DNA of 63,744 nt, filler included, from Globobulimina sp. (taxonomy: Eukaryota): NCBI GenBank assembly GCA_003354225.1. It is 26 parts of 26 records of this genome, joined end to end, with 100 filler letters (N's around TTAATTAATTAA, not from the genome) between each part and the next. Parts side by side here need not be neighbours in the genome. Positions count along the whole stretch, not along the records: positions 22,110 to 24,465 come from PIVH01007182.1; positions 24,566 to 26,921 come from PIVH01007183.1; positions 27,022 to 29,377 come from PIVH01007184.1; positions 29,478 to 31,833 come from PIVH01007185.1; positions 31,934 to 34,289 come from PIVH01007186.1; positions 34,390 to 36,744 come from PIVH01007187.1; 20 more parts are not named here. One strand, written 5' to 3'. A program made the translations under genes and the position numbers. The notes beneath the pieces were generated by a model. The model ran no database searches. It was not told the DNA's origin and saw only the letters and a program-made list of their open reading frames with translations. Positions 22,476 to 34,456 of this stretch are shown here, piece by piece (the stretch's first letter is position 1; each line of letters opens with the position of its first letter).

Positions 22476-23230
22476 ATGTACATTTATCTATCTAACTATG
22501 CAACAGAAGTGACATTGATTCGAGCCATAACCGGCTCAGATTACAGAATTAACATCGCACAAAAAGCTCTGTTAGAGACCGTGCAATGGAGAGTCAGTAG
22601 TCGCGTGGATGAAATATCACCATTAATGTTTGAAAAATCAATCAAAACAAAGGTAGTTTTCAGTTACAATCAACATGATAAAAAAGGACATATTATCTGT
22701 TATTTTAAAGTGTTAGAAGTACCGCCAGAGGATCCTTGGCAAATTGTACGCGCTGCAGTATGGACCATAGTTTTGTTATTTGTTATCTATTATTTGTTAT
22801 TCATCCTTGCACTATTTATTATTGATAGGAAAAAGCAATAAAAATGTCACGCAAACGTGGCATACATCAAATTATGTGGTTATTGGATATTGAACATTTG
22901 CAGTACGCGACAGTTCCGCCACTACAGATATTGAAAGAGATAGCACACATTTTGCAGTATTATTATCCAGAGAGGTTGTATCGTGCCTATGTGCTATTTA
23001 GTCCTTGGGTGTTTAGAATGGTTTGGAAAATGGTCAGTGGCCTTTTAACTGAAAACACAAAAGGCAAAATTATTGTGCCTGGATGGTATGAGTCTGCTAA
23101 ATATGAAACATTCGCGCAACATATTGACAAAGCGAATTTGGATAAGAGATTTGGTGGCGATGCTCAATTTAAGTATTCCTATCAATGGGAAATTGATCAA
23201 TACATAAAAAGCAATAAATATATAAAATGA
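22476..23230 (+). CDS. CRAL-TRIO (Sec14-like) lipid-binding protein; intron 22770-22828; true start probably upstream
   Basis: ETVQWR, HDKKGH, ILQYYYPERL, PWVFRMVWKMV..LLTENTKGKI, RFGG. Confidence 0.88.
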
Positions 23231-23391
23231 CAAATGAGTTTTTTTTTGTTGTTATTAACATTGTTATATTTTTGAGTTAGATAATGGATAGCAAATACCG
23301 GCTGTTTCTTTATTTTAAAATATCACTGTTTTATTACTTCGGTTCGCTCTGCATTTTGCTCACATTTTGGCTGTAGAATCCGGCGAAAGAG

Positions 23392-24465
23392 ATGATTTCC
23401 TTAAACAAACACTCGATCAATGCATCGATAGCAGAGAGATATGCCTCTATTGGTTATGAGTTTGAGTTTGAAAACAAGAGTGATATGAATGGGAGCAATG
23501 AATTAAAATTTGCGATTACAATCGATGCCCAAGCATTTATTTGTGGATTTAGTGCAGACATTGATGGCGAATTATTTATTGGTGAGACGAAAGAAAAAAA
23601 GAAAGCAAAAAAAGAGTATGTTGCGGCAAAAGAAAAAAACGAAAATGCGATATTAATATCCCAGCCATATCCAGATATTGCCAATGTATTTGAAATCAAA
23701 ACAAATATTGACTCAAAAAGTAAAATATTATTAAAAATTCAAATTGAACAATATTTACAGAAAAAATTTAATTTTAACGAATTGAGTATTGAAATATTAA
23801 AAGAGTTTTATAAATATAACATCAAGAAAAATTATGATGCCATCTCGTTTAATTTGGAGATTGCGGATAAAAGAGGCATTTATGACATTCAATTGCCAGC
23901 AAACAACGAAATAGTAATTGAGGAAAATAGAATGAATAAAAATAACACTTTATGTATGATCAATGGCAAATGGCGAATAATTATAAATTAAATGAGTTTA
24001 GTTTAAAATACAAAATTAAAGGCGAACAAAATGAATCTAATATTTTATACGATAAAAAAAGCAAAACATTTGTCCACGTCATAAGTGATATAATCTCAGA
24101 TTCGACAATGAATGAAATGACTGAGGGCGACAATGACAGCAAAGAGATGGCGATGATTCCACGGCGTGTCATATTTGTAGTGGATAAATCGGGCTCTATG
24201 TCTGGCACCAAATGGGATAAAACCATTTCTGCCACAATTACAGCCTTAAAACAATTACGAATCGGCTATGATCGATATGGCATTATATTTTTTGATGATG
24301 CACTTGAATTTTCGCCAAATATTTTTGATAAAAGCAATATAGCCGAATCTATCTCTTATGTACAAAAGCAAGAAACGGGCGGTTCCACGGATATCAATTT
24401 GGCACTGTTAAAAGGTATTGATTTAATTAAAAGTGACATCAAATTAATGAGTGAGATGCAAGAAT
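23392..24465 (+). CDS. VIT-VWA (inter-alpha-trypsin inhibitor heavy chain-like) protein, 3' partial, frameshift near 23970
   Basis: VIT: AFICGFSADIDGELFIGETKEKKKAKKEY; VWA: VIFVVDKSGSMSG, GGSTDINLAL. Confidence 0.85.
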
Positions 24466-24717
24466 NNNNNNNNNNNNNNNNNNNNNNNNNNNNNNNNNNN
24501 NNNNNNNNNTTAATTAATTAANNNNNNNNNNNNNNNNNNNNNNNNNNNNNNNNNNNNNNNNNNNNTCAAACCTCTGACTTTAATGCATTTCTTTCATTAT
24601 CAAGAAAATGCTAGACCATTGTAATAAGATTTGAACATTATTTTAGTGTCTGATGCACTGTAATCACACATCAAACTGTAATAATAGATATCTTTATGGT
24701 CCATTTTTATTGTCGTT

Positions 24718-26139
24718 TCATAATTCTTGTTTTAATATTTCATTTGTATCAATTATATCATTCAAATATTTCAATATCAAGCTCCCAATTTCTTTGATTT
24801 GCTCCATATTTGTATAAATTTGACAACTTATACGAACATAAAATTTATTATTCCACTCAAACAACTTAAGTGCGACATCATTCTGCTCAAGAATGGTAAA
24901 GGAAATCTCACCAATTTTGTCTTGATTTAATTGAACACCATCAATTGTCGGTAATTCGACATTAATCATTCCAATAAAATGTTCAACATTTGGCATAAAC
25001 ATACTCGTATTCCACAAATTAGACAAATATTGTTGTGCTTCAATTGCAATGCCATGAATATAACTAATAATATTTGTATCTCCGCCCACCAAATATCTAA
25101 ACTCCAACGATCCCATCAATGATAAATATGCACTCTCATCCACAGTGCCAGGATGATGGAAAAACTGTTGAAAAGACGCATTTTTGTATGCCATTGCCAG
25201 CGGTGTAATTATATTTTGATATTCGTTTTTAACGTAAATAACCGCAGTATTCCATACAGAATAAAACCATTTGTATGCATTTGAAACATAAAAATCACAA
25301 TTTGAGCCACTTAGATTCAAAGCATAAATCTGTCCAAATGCATGAGCACCATCCACAACGGTAATAATATTTCTTTGTTTAAATAGCATTACAATGTCAT
25401 TCAACGGCAATATGAGAGAAGGCAGCGATGAGATATGTGAAAATACTGCAAAAAGAATGTTTGCAGTGTCTGGAATAGCATTCAATGTATCATTTATTGT
25501 ATTTATGATCGTATTATAATCTTTCAATATATATTCATCAAATTGGATCTCAATCAAATCAATTTCAAATAATCGTTGATAATATTTTAATGGTGACACA
25601 AATGCGGAATGTGCCGTATTGAAATATATTATGGAATAATGGGAGATATTGTTGGCGTTTTGAGCTAGAAAATGATCCATTAAAGATCTGATAACAATGT
25701 TCATTCCGTGAGATGCATTGATTGTGAATACTAAATCATTCATATCGTGAATACCTAAATAGTTTGCAATTTGTGAACGCAATATATTCATAATAAGAAC
25801 CGAATACACATCATCCCATAAATGTGGTCGTGAATATAATATGTTGCGAATGTGTTGGTGATATTTTATAACATATCTAGGCTGAGCACCATATGAACCA
25901 CAATGTAAATTAATGTAATTTGGAGCAAAGCTAAACAATGACGAAGACAGCACAGATTCACCAAAATTGCATTTATTGGCAATTACTTGATTCCGTAATC
26001 TTTGCAGTTCATCATTTGTGTTTATGCCAAAGTTGTGTGCAAATACATCGATTCCATCAGGTATTTCTCCAATGTCTTCATCATTGCATAGTGCACAGAA
26101 TACCTTTACAAGTATAGAAAGCAAAAGAATGTTGAGCAT
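24718..26139 (-). CDS. Class V PLP aminotransferase (L-cysteine desulfhydrase / Egt2 / isopenicillin N epimerase-like) with signal peptide
   Basis: INLHCGSYG, VVDGAHAFGQ, DFYVSNAYKW (PLP lysine), VRISCQIY; MLNILLLSILVKVFCA leader. Confidence 0.85.
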   Translation of the reverse strand: MLNILLLSILVKVFCALCNDEDIGEIPDGIDVFAHNFGINTNDELQRLRNQVIANKCNFGESVLSSSLFSFAPNYINLHCGSYGAQPRYVIKYHQHIRNILYSRPHLWDDVYSVLIMNILRSQIANYLGIHDMNDLVFTINASHGMNIVIRSLMDHFLAQNANNISHYSIIYFNTAHSAFVSPLKYYQRLFEIDLIEIQFDEYILKDYNTIINTINDTLNAIPDTANILFAVFSHISSLPSLILPLNDIVMLFKQRNIITVVDGAHAFGQIYALNLSGSNCDFYVSNAYKWFYSVWNTAVIYVKNEYQNIITPLAMAYKNASFQQFFHHPGTVDESAYLSLMGSLEFRYLVGGDTNIISYIHGIAIEAQQYLSNLWNTSMFMPNVEHFIGMINVELPTIDGVQLNQDKIGEISFTILEQNDVALKLFEWNNKFYVRISCQIYTNMEQIKEIGSLILKYLNDIIDTNEILKQEL

Positions 26140-26196
26140 GGAATTATTATTAAAGCCTTGAAGTTGTGGAAGAAAACTGCAGCCCAAAGAACGATA

Positions 26197-26921
26197 ATGG
26201 AGACGTTAATAAAACTAAGATCCGGAATGGATTTATTAAGTGATGATGAATTTTATCAATTTACTAAGCAAATACCCATTCAATACTTAGCAAATGTATT
26301 ATTCCAATTTTTCAAAAATGAATTATTTCAAACAACCAATATTGAAGATGCACAACAAAATATAATTCCAAATATTAATCAAATGGTAGACAAAATTAAT
26401 AATATTATACGTGGACGCGATGAAAAAAAATCAACAAATGATGAAGTCGATGATGAAGATATTGATATTATTGATCAACACAAATTAGTCCCGTTAAAAT
26501 TAGGTAGTTTGCCATTGGTTTTAATTTCTGAAATATCATCTTTTTTAAAATTAAAAGAATTATTAAAATTTGAGAAAATGAACAGAAATATATTTATTGG
26601 CTCCAGATCTCCGATTTCTATTAAAAAAATGGATGGTTCCGAATTTCTAAAATGTATTAAATACAGTAATCAACATAAATGTATGCATAATTTTTATAGA
26701 TTTGAAGCAATCCAAGAATTAGAAATTAATATTAAAGCTATCAATGATGAATATTATGATTTTGGTTTTAGCAAATTTATTAAATCGGATTTAAGTAATT
26801 TACAAATATGGCGACATTTAAATACTTTGAGTATAAAACATGATGATTCAGTATCTGACGATATGCCTTTCATTCCTCGTTTGGATCAAACAAAATTGTC
26901 CAATATTACAACATTTAGATG
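26197..26921 (+). CDS. F-box-like / LRR-like protein, 3' partial
   Basis: LGSLPLVLISEISSFL..ELLKFEKMNRNIFIGSRSP; paralog at 62381. Confidence 0.65.
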
Positions 26922-27412
26922 NNNNNNNNNNNNNNNNNNNNNNNNNNNNNNNNNNNNNNNNNNNNTTAATTAATTAANNNNNNNNNNNNNNNNNNNNNNN
27001 NNNNNNNNNNNNNNNNNNNNNTGCAAAACAGTTCATAATCAATTTACAATAATAGATATGACTATTTATATATAGTCAAAAAATCTTCATAATCACATCA
27101 TAATCGTTTCATAATTTCATAATTGAAGAAAAGCCGCGTTGCCGAAAAAGTGTGTTTGAAGGAAAGTGCCCATCTCCTTTATATTGCGCAATATAAGAAC
27201 AACCACCTAAAACAAAATTAAAGTAATTGAATTTTAATAATTTAATGAATGGTGAATGAATTAAAGTAATTGGGAAATTAGCCAAGTTACGATTATGATG
27301 TATGGATTAGATTTATGATGATACTCATAATCAGCATAAATAGTATGATTATGAGTGTTTGTACATAGAAATAGACATAGAAATGTTGAGAGTTTGCCCG
27401 TAACAAACATAA

Positions 27413-28246
27413 ATGTTGAGAAATTGGTTCCGATTTTCAACTAAATATTCACATTTTAAGTGTTCGAAATATTTTAAGTGCTGCGGCTTCGGTTTAATGA
27501 AAAGAAATTGTAATAGTGAAATTGTTACAAACTCTGACCTGGATCCGGGTATTCATGTTTTATTGGCCGACGATTATTATTGGGATTACCATTTATCAGC
27601 GGAGTGGAATTTAAAAAGATCAAATAAATTGCACATAACAAAAGGATTGAATTGGTTGTCAATGGAAAAAGCAATCTTATCCTCTGCAAATGAACCATGT
27701 TTAGCTGAAGATAATATTTTATCCATCATTGATCAAATCAAATTGTTACCATTCAAGAGCGTCGCCGTACTATCCATCGGATTTGCTGATTGTATCCATG
27801 AGCGATTATTTCAAACAGCAGCAGATCGCCAAATCACATTAATCTCATCGTCATTAAATATTATACCATCTCTAACAGGAAATACTTTAATCATCACATA
27901 TGATGGCAAGTTACTTACTCGTTATATGACGATTAAACACGATGGACAAAACAGATGGAATCAAGAATTTAATCGCAAAAACATAAAGATTTTAGGTATG
28001 GAAGATATTGATGCGGAATATAAAAATTTAATTTATAAATCATGCACAATATCAAAAGAACAGCATAGTGTATTTTTAAGCAAAGTAATCAATGAAACAC
28101 AAAAGCATACAATGGATGTTGATAACATTGTCATTGAATGTACCACAATCATGCAAATTGTGCCAATGCTAAAAGAATTAAATCCAAATCTGAATATTAT
28201 TGGCATTTCAGAAGCGATTGAAATGATTACTAGTGTGAATCATTAA
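27413..28246 (+). CDS. Aspartate/glutamate racemase-family-like protein with possible mitochondrial transit peptide
   Basis: IVIECT motif, SSSL.IIP, IITYD..LT; the first catalytic Cys (usually SCGF) appears as SIGF. Confidence 0.5.
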   Translation: MLRNWFRFSTKYSHFKCSKYFKCCGFGLMKRNCNSEIVTNSDLDPGIHVLLADDYYWDYHLSAEWNLKRSNKLHITKGLNWLSMEKAILSSANEPCLAEDNILSIIDQIKLLPFKSVAVLSIGFADCIHERLFQTAADRQITLISSSLNIIPSLTGNTLIITYDGKLLTRYMTIKHDGQNRWNQEFNRKNIKILGMEDIDAEYKNLIYKSCTISKEQHSVFLSKVINETQKHTMDVDNIVIECTTIMQIVPMLKELNPNLNIIGISEAIEMITSVNH

Positions 28247-28274
28247 TGTTTTAGTTTGTATAATTTAAATTGAA

Positions 28275-28961
28275 TTAAAATTTCGGAATCTGTCTAATAT
28301 ATTTCTTTACGTCAACGAAATGTAATACAACAATGAGAATAACAACAACCATTACTAATATTAGCATGCATGTTATATATTTATCAGACATGATTTTCCT
28401 TGTCATCCTTTGTAATCTTTTCTTGGCTCTGTCCATTTCTGTATCCATATAAGCCAAACCTTGATCCATTTTTAATATTTGCTCAGTTTGGTCATTTAAT
28501 GTAATCGCAGTATTTACCGCAATCTCTTTTATTTCTTCTAAATTTTTAATTGTTTGATCTGCGATATTTTCGGATTCGAATTGTAATTTTCTTCCATATG
28601 CGATTGCTTTGTCTTCATTATCGATATCAAGTACGTGTTCTCCGTATTCTTTGTTTGTTGTTTCACTCTTTGCATTCGCTAAAATCCATTTTATTTCGTT
28701 TCTGATTTCCTTTAAATGTTTACTAAATTCTTTGCAATGGGTTCTGTATAATCTTGCTTCTTTTCTATTTTTAATACTTGTTATTTCGATTTGAAACGAA
28801 CGGACCAATACTTGGAGATGTTGCACTTGCGATTCTAAACTGTTAATTTCTGATTCTGTTAGTAATGCACTTGATGTCTTTTGATAATTTCCAACCAACC
28901 TATCTAATTTACGAAGATGACCTTTGATTTCTTGTTTTCTTGCTTCAGCAATAAACTGCAT
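28275..28961 (-). CDS. NPSN-type Qb SNARE
   Basis: Habc-like N-terminus, SNARE heptads (TAITLNDQTEQI), RKIMSDKYI then C-terminal TM. Confidence 0.8.
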   Translation of the reverse strand: MQFIAEARKQEIKGHLRKLDRLVGNYQKTSSALLTESEINSLESQVQHLQVLVRSFQIEITSIKNRKEARLYRTHCKEFSKHLKEIRNEIKWILANAKSETTNKEYGEHVLDIDNEDKAIAYGRKLQFESENIADQTIKNLEEIKEIAVNTAITLNDQTEQILKMDQGLAYMDTEMDRAKKRLQRMTRKIMSDKYITCMLILVMVVVILIVVLHFVDVKKYIRQIPKF

Positions 28962-29011
28962 TTTAAAGTTATTAAAATTGTTTTATAGTAAAACTGTACT
29001 GTTAAAGTAAC

Positions 29012-29377
29012 ATGGCAGTCATGGCAGAGGAAGTAAAAACGATACTAAAACGTTGTAAGTTAGAACAGCATTACCAATATTTATCAACCAAAGGATTTAA
29101 TTCATGGGAATCATTACAATTGTTGGATCAATCTGATTTTGAGCAATTACAAGGTAACGTACCATTTATCTTCTTGTTGTAGTCAGACATATATACAATA
29201 CACATTTACCAGCAATCCCCTATGGCCATTTCAAATTACTCCTTCAAACCATACAGCTATATGCTAAGGAACAAAATATTTCAGCTGGCGATAAAAAAAT
29301 ACGTCCAAAATATAAGCAATTTCTAAAATCATTAAATAAAATTCCCAAACCACAAAATGTATTCGATAATGTTGATA
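29012..29377 (+). CDS. SAM domain protein, 3' partial; intron 29154-29212 (not in ORF track)
   Basis: Spliced MAVMAEEVKTILKRCKLEQHYQYLSTKGFNSWESLQLLDQSDFEQLQAIPYGHFKLLLQTI. Confidence 0.72.
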
Positions 29378-29983
29378 NNNNNNNNNNNNNNNNNNNNNNN
29401 NNNNNNNNNNNNNNNNNNNNNTTAATTAATTAANNNNNNNNNNNNNNNNNNNNNNNNNNNNNNNNNNNNNNNNNNNNTACATTCTTACAAATGATTCAGT
29501 GGACGGTTCAAATGAGTTCAGCAATGCGGCCAATTCTGCGATTTGAGCAGACTTTATTGTCTCTGCTTGATTTGAATGGAAAGAGTACCACTCATTCATT
29601 AAATTAATAAATCGTTTTGCTATTAAAAATGGGCGGATCGCATCGGATTTTGTGATGGTAAATAAATATATTTGCTGACAGGACACATCCAATGGATACG
29701 GATGACGTAGGTTGTGAGTTATTAATTGTGCACTGAGTGGGTGCTTTGTTAATGCTGCGGTTGTTTGGCAAACAAAATCAAATAATTGCTCTTCAGTTTG
29801 AACCATTTTGAACCAATCAAAATACGAATTTGTAGCGTTGCTACTTTGGTGTAGTTTGATAGTACATTTGCAAAATACATACAAAAGGCTAAAACACAGT
29901 GGATGCAACAAGTGCATTGAAAGTATTCAGGTGAAGCTTAACAAAAAGTTTTTGAGGGGTACACGTCCAAAAAACTTAATAAA

Positions 29984-30737
29984 ATGTCAGAGGTCATTTT
30001 CATGTTTGATATCAACGAAAGAATAAAATCTGATCCTTGTGTTGGCGAAAATGATGGATTCATGCTGATTTTATCAAGTTTGATCCATGCCTGTGAATTG
30101 ACTGAAAATTGTCCAAAAGGAATATATTTAGTTATTATTCAGTTTGCCAATGCCATTGGTGTTCATTCTCATAGTTTACAAAAACAAATCAATGCAATGA
30201 TAAAATGGACCAATTCATGGGCTCAATATGAATATGCAAAAATACAGGTTTTGAATCGGTATCAACGGGAAACGAATAAATTATGGATGTGTTGTGGTAA
30301 AAAAATGAAAATAAAAACAATTTACGATGAAAAAGGAGTGATATTAAAATGTTGTAATTCATCCAAGCAATGTTGGGAGAAAATATTAATAAATAAATTG
30401 ACAAAAAAAGAAATATTTGGAAAACCACAAGAAATTGAAAGATGTGCTGGAGAAGAATGTGGCTGCCTTTTTTTTGAAAGAGTAACTGATAAAATATGTG
30501 TTTGTAGCCATTCAAATCAATGTCATACAAAATATAAAGTATATCCCGATGAATGGGATGGACAGCAATCCAGACCAAATAAATTAAGTGAGGAACAAAT
30601 TGAAGAACTACAAAAATTACCAATTGGATGGAGTCAATATGCGTCTGCAAATGGTATTGAATTATTATTATAACTCAGTTACTTCCGAAACCTCATGGAG
30701 TCATCCTATGCATGTAACTTATTATATTTATTTTTAG
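29984..30737 (+). CDS. Cys-rich protein with C-terminal WW domain (1-nt frameshift near 30662)
   Basis: LPIGWSQYASANGIE continues in the next frame as YYYNSVTSETSWSHP. Confidence 0.7.
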
Positions 30738-30771
30738 CCTGATTCTTTGCCACACTAGTTTTTACATCCCA

Positions 30772-31833
30772 ATGGGCATTTTAATTCTAGGTTGTTTGTT
30801 ATTTTTATTGGTAAACGTTGAGAGTACACCTGCTCCTGGATTTAATCAGGTCACACAGGCTCCACAATTCAATCCGGTCACACAGGCTCCACAATTTAAT
30901 CCGACCACACCCACTCCTCAATTTAATCAGGTCAACGTTCTTAACGGAAAGTCTCGATATTTTATTGAACCGTCGACAGATTTATATGTTGCCACTGCCC
31001 GTCCATTGAATATATGTCATGAAAATTCATATAGAGAGTTTACAATTTATTCTTGTGATACAACATCAGATCCAAATAATCACATATTAATCGCAGCAAA
31101 ACACGGCAAATCTTATCCAAACTGCAATTCACCAAACGTGACTATTGAATATTTTTATCAATCCGAGTTGAGCTCAATGAATGGCGCAGAGTCATTTAAT
31201 TGTATCGGAGAGGATAATTATTACATTCTGTATGAATTTATAAACGAACCATTATGCAAAGACTACATTGCTTCAAACAAGAATGACGAATCAAATGAGA
31301 ATGCCCAATTCGTGCGAAAACAATACGGAGTGCCCAATATTTGTTATGAGCACAATATACTTGCAGTTACATCAAAAAACATAACTCACTTCGATGAAAG
31401 TTTGCGAATGAATTATTGCAATGCATATTTTTATGGATACAGGTTTTTTGAAGATGATGGTACAAATTGTTTGGATCGATATAAAAATACATTTTACGAA
31501 GGTCCATGGCCAGGCTCTATTTTCTCGCCAAATGTATGCAGCACAGATATCGATGGTTTGTAACAAAAAACTTTGTATTTTCGCACTTTAATTTTTTGTC
31601 GGAAAATACAAACCGCAGTAAAACAAAAAACGTTTTCAAAAATAAAACAAAAACTAATATAACACTAACAGGAGATTTTAATTTCACAAGCGTGATATTG
31701 CACGAATGTGTTATCAATGGAACCGTTATGAAAGCACAAGATTATGAATACGATGAAACCTCATTAAAACAAATAGGTTATCGAGACAGAAGTGCTCTGA
31801 TTGACTTTGCCGTATCCACAGCAGATATGAATT
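30772..31833 (+). CDS. Secreted Cys-containing protein with N-terminal FNxxTxAPQ repeats; intron 31556-31671; 3' partial
   Basis: Signal peptide; 27-bp tandem repeat 30841-30933. Confidence 0.7.
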
Positions 31834-31933
31834 NNNNNNNNNNNNNNNNNNNNNNNNNNNNNNNNNNNNNNNNNNNNTTAATTAATTAANNNNNNNNNNN
31901 NNNNNNNNNNNNNNNNNNNNNNNNNNNNNNNNN

Positions 31934-32500
31934 TGACAAAAACACGGAGGCACATTATTTGTCCCTGAACATGTCCATCCTGGATATAGCCAATAACAAG
32001 GGTACGTGCCAGGATATGTGTCATTATCAGCTGCATTTGAGCCAATATAATTGGATGGAAAAAAGAAATCAACTGTGTAAATTGTATTATCATCATCGAT
32101 TAACATTGTTTCATTCAACATCCATGATTTATAATATGGCGCTGGACCGATCATGACTGGAGTTTGTGAATCAATTTCACGAATTAATGAAACTGCTCCG
32201 GCGTACATATTCCTCACATCAGCTTGACTGACTATTTTTGTTCTCGGCTCTGACATGATTTCATATGCAGCGATGTAATCCCATGAAGAATAATGACTGG
32301 CTAATGCTTGCCACATTGTATAAAACATATTCAATAATGTCGCATTATGGAATACATCTGGATATGCAGGATAATGTCCTCCTGCTGCGTATTGCCCGCG
32401 CATTGTTAATATAACCCATACATTGTACGTGTCATTGTTCATTTCTGTTGCTATGCGAATTGCATTGTCCATTGTTGCAATGCATGATGGTTTAATGTAT
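31934..32500 (-). CDS. Glycoside hydrolase family 5, internal fragment
   Basis: MWQALASHY..IAAYEIMSEP (acid/base), IREIDSQTPVMIG, IYTVDFF. Confidence 0.75.
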
Positions 32501-32800
32501 GCTTCTGACGGTATTTGGGAGTTTATACCAAACGATGACGTCGCTACCATGGTATTGGATAAATTGCCAGATTTACGAGAAGCTGCTTTGAAATTGGTAA
32601 AGGAAGCGATTTCGAGATGGCGGGATGAAGAGGAAGTCATTGATGACATTACAGCTATAATCTATAACTTATCACAGGAAAACACGCAAACTAAAGAAAA
32701 ACTGCAAGCTCAAATCGAAGCGGACAATGAAAATGAAGAGGACGCCGATGAGGTGAATGAAAACAAAGAAAATATCGCATCTAACCACATCAACACTTGA
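32501..32800 (+). CDS. Protein phosphatase 2C, C-terminal fragment
   Basis: ASDGIWEF...LVKEAISRW...IDDITAII. Confidence 0.85.
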   Translation, partial: ASDGIWEFIPNDDVATMVLDKLPDLREAALKLVKEAISRWRDEEEVIDDITAIIYNLSQENTQTKEKLQAQIEADNENEEDADEVNENKENIASNHINT

Positions 32801-32960
32801 TCCAAAACTCAATTATTAATAAAAAATTCAGCCACTGTTTAATAAATAAAATTTGTAAAAAAACACTAAATTAAAATGATTTTGTAATTTGTACGCGTTT
32901 CAACAAAAAAAAAAGGAATGTCATTTTTTGTCATTTTGAGGAGTGGAATTTTGTCATTTG

Positions 32961-33777
32961 TCATACTGGCAATTCCATATACTTTCCGATGCTCACTGCC
33001 TTGAGATAATAATAAAAGAAATCGATATATAATAAGGTTTGCACAATGCCAGAAACCCAAGCAATTGGATCGTAATAATTGTCTTCCGATAAAAAGCGAT
33101 AAATCCAATTTATAACATATAGGGCCCGATATGCGCCCAAACAAAATACATAATGCGAGGTTATATTTTGCACACTGCCTTGGTTATCTTTTGCGTATTT
33201 CTGAAGCATCACTAACTGCGGCATTATGGAGACAGACTGTAATTTGTGTAATATGTACGTTGTATGAGTATGGCGATGATGTGTATTAAATAAATAGAAA
33301 TAGAAAATAAATGTTTTAACTTCTAAATAAATGGAGAATGCCCATAATATCTCAAACGGAGTGAATGTAACATTAAAAAAGAAGGCTAAGATAAAGCATG
33401 GTATTATTAGTATTAATACTTGGAATTTGTCAGAAGCCGCATCGTAGGTTCTACAAATTGGATTTTTAAATTTCATATAATAAACGATAGCGTATGAGGT
33501 TAAGATGAAAATTAATTTCATGACCCAATTATATAAGGACCAAAAATTCCAAAATAAATCCAAATAACGACATGTAAATACCACGCAATATAAGGCTTGC
33601 GTTTTGAGAGAGATTCCCTAAATATTATTAATCAAATGAATGAGTGCAAGGATATTATTATCATTTCTCATTGTCATTGTACTAAACTACACAATTTTGA
33701 GCGCCTGCGACTTTTAGTAATAATATGAATATACTGATAAGATGTATGAAATCGGCACCCAGCCGGAAGATGTTCAT
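32961..33777 (-). CDS. ERD2: ER lumen protein-retaining (KDEL) receptor; introns 33618-33687 and 33237-33320
   Basis: MNIFRLGADFIHL, GISLKTQ, RYLDLF, WAFSIYLE/SVSIMPQL, LGAYRALY, DFFYYY. Confidence 0.96.
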
Positions 33778-34456
33778 GATGTGGTTTAATTGTCTGGTAT
33801 TGCGTTAATTTAATTATCCAAACCGAAAGCAAGGATTGATGAGTAGAGCAAAAACACTTCAAAAAAGTTTTTGAATCATCATCGGATATCGGTTGATTTT
33901 GCTGGCGCAAAAATAATTAATGCAAGATCGATCCAATTTGCATAATTTAGATAACTTTTGCGACTCTCAGTGCCCATGACTCGCAGTGTCAGTATGTCAC
34001 AAAACCGCGCTACTCATCAAAAGAGAAAGTCCGCGCTCGATCGGATATAAATTATAAATTAAATAATAAATATGTTAATCTGTTCTCCAACAAAGCCTTA
34101 TCTTATTCACATTTTCTTTTTTTTTTAATGTTTTTTCTTTTATATCACTATGTGAATATCTTTTGTTTAATCGCGATGTCATATCAATGCGTTTAAGAAC
34201 ACGTTTCCAGTAAAGAAGTATCTCTTTGGCAAGCCAGTTATCCTGATGTTCCAACACAAACTGTTCATGCTCAATAACTTTTTGACCAANNNNNNNNNNN
34301 NNNNNNNNNNNNNNNNNNNNNNNNNNNNNNNNNTTAATTAATTAANNNNNNNNNNNNNNNNNNNNNNNNNNNNNNNNNNNNNNNNNNNNAAAAAAAAAAA
34401 ATAAGTTGGCAATAAAAAAATAATATACAGCGGAAGCGCGTAAATTGGATTTAATA

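Noticed and set aside
31882-32800. Apparent overlapping antisense GH5 and PP2C genes
   Set aside because: Homology of each ends at about 32500 and both lack 5' ends; best explained as an amplification chimera with chance read-through.
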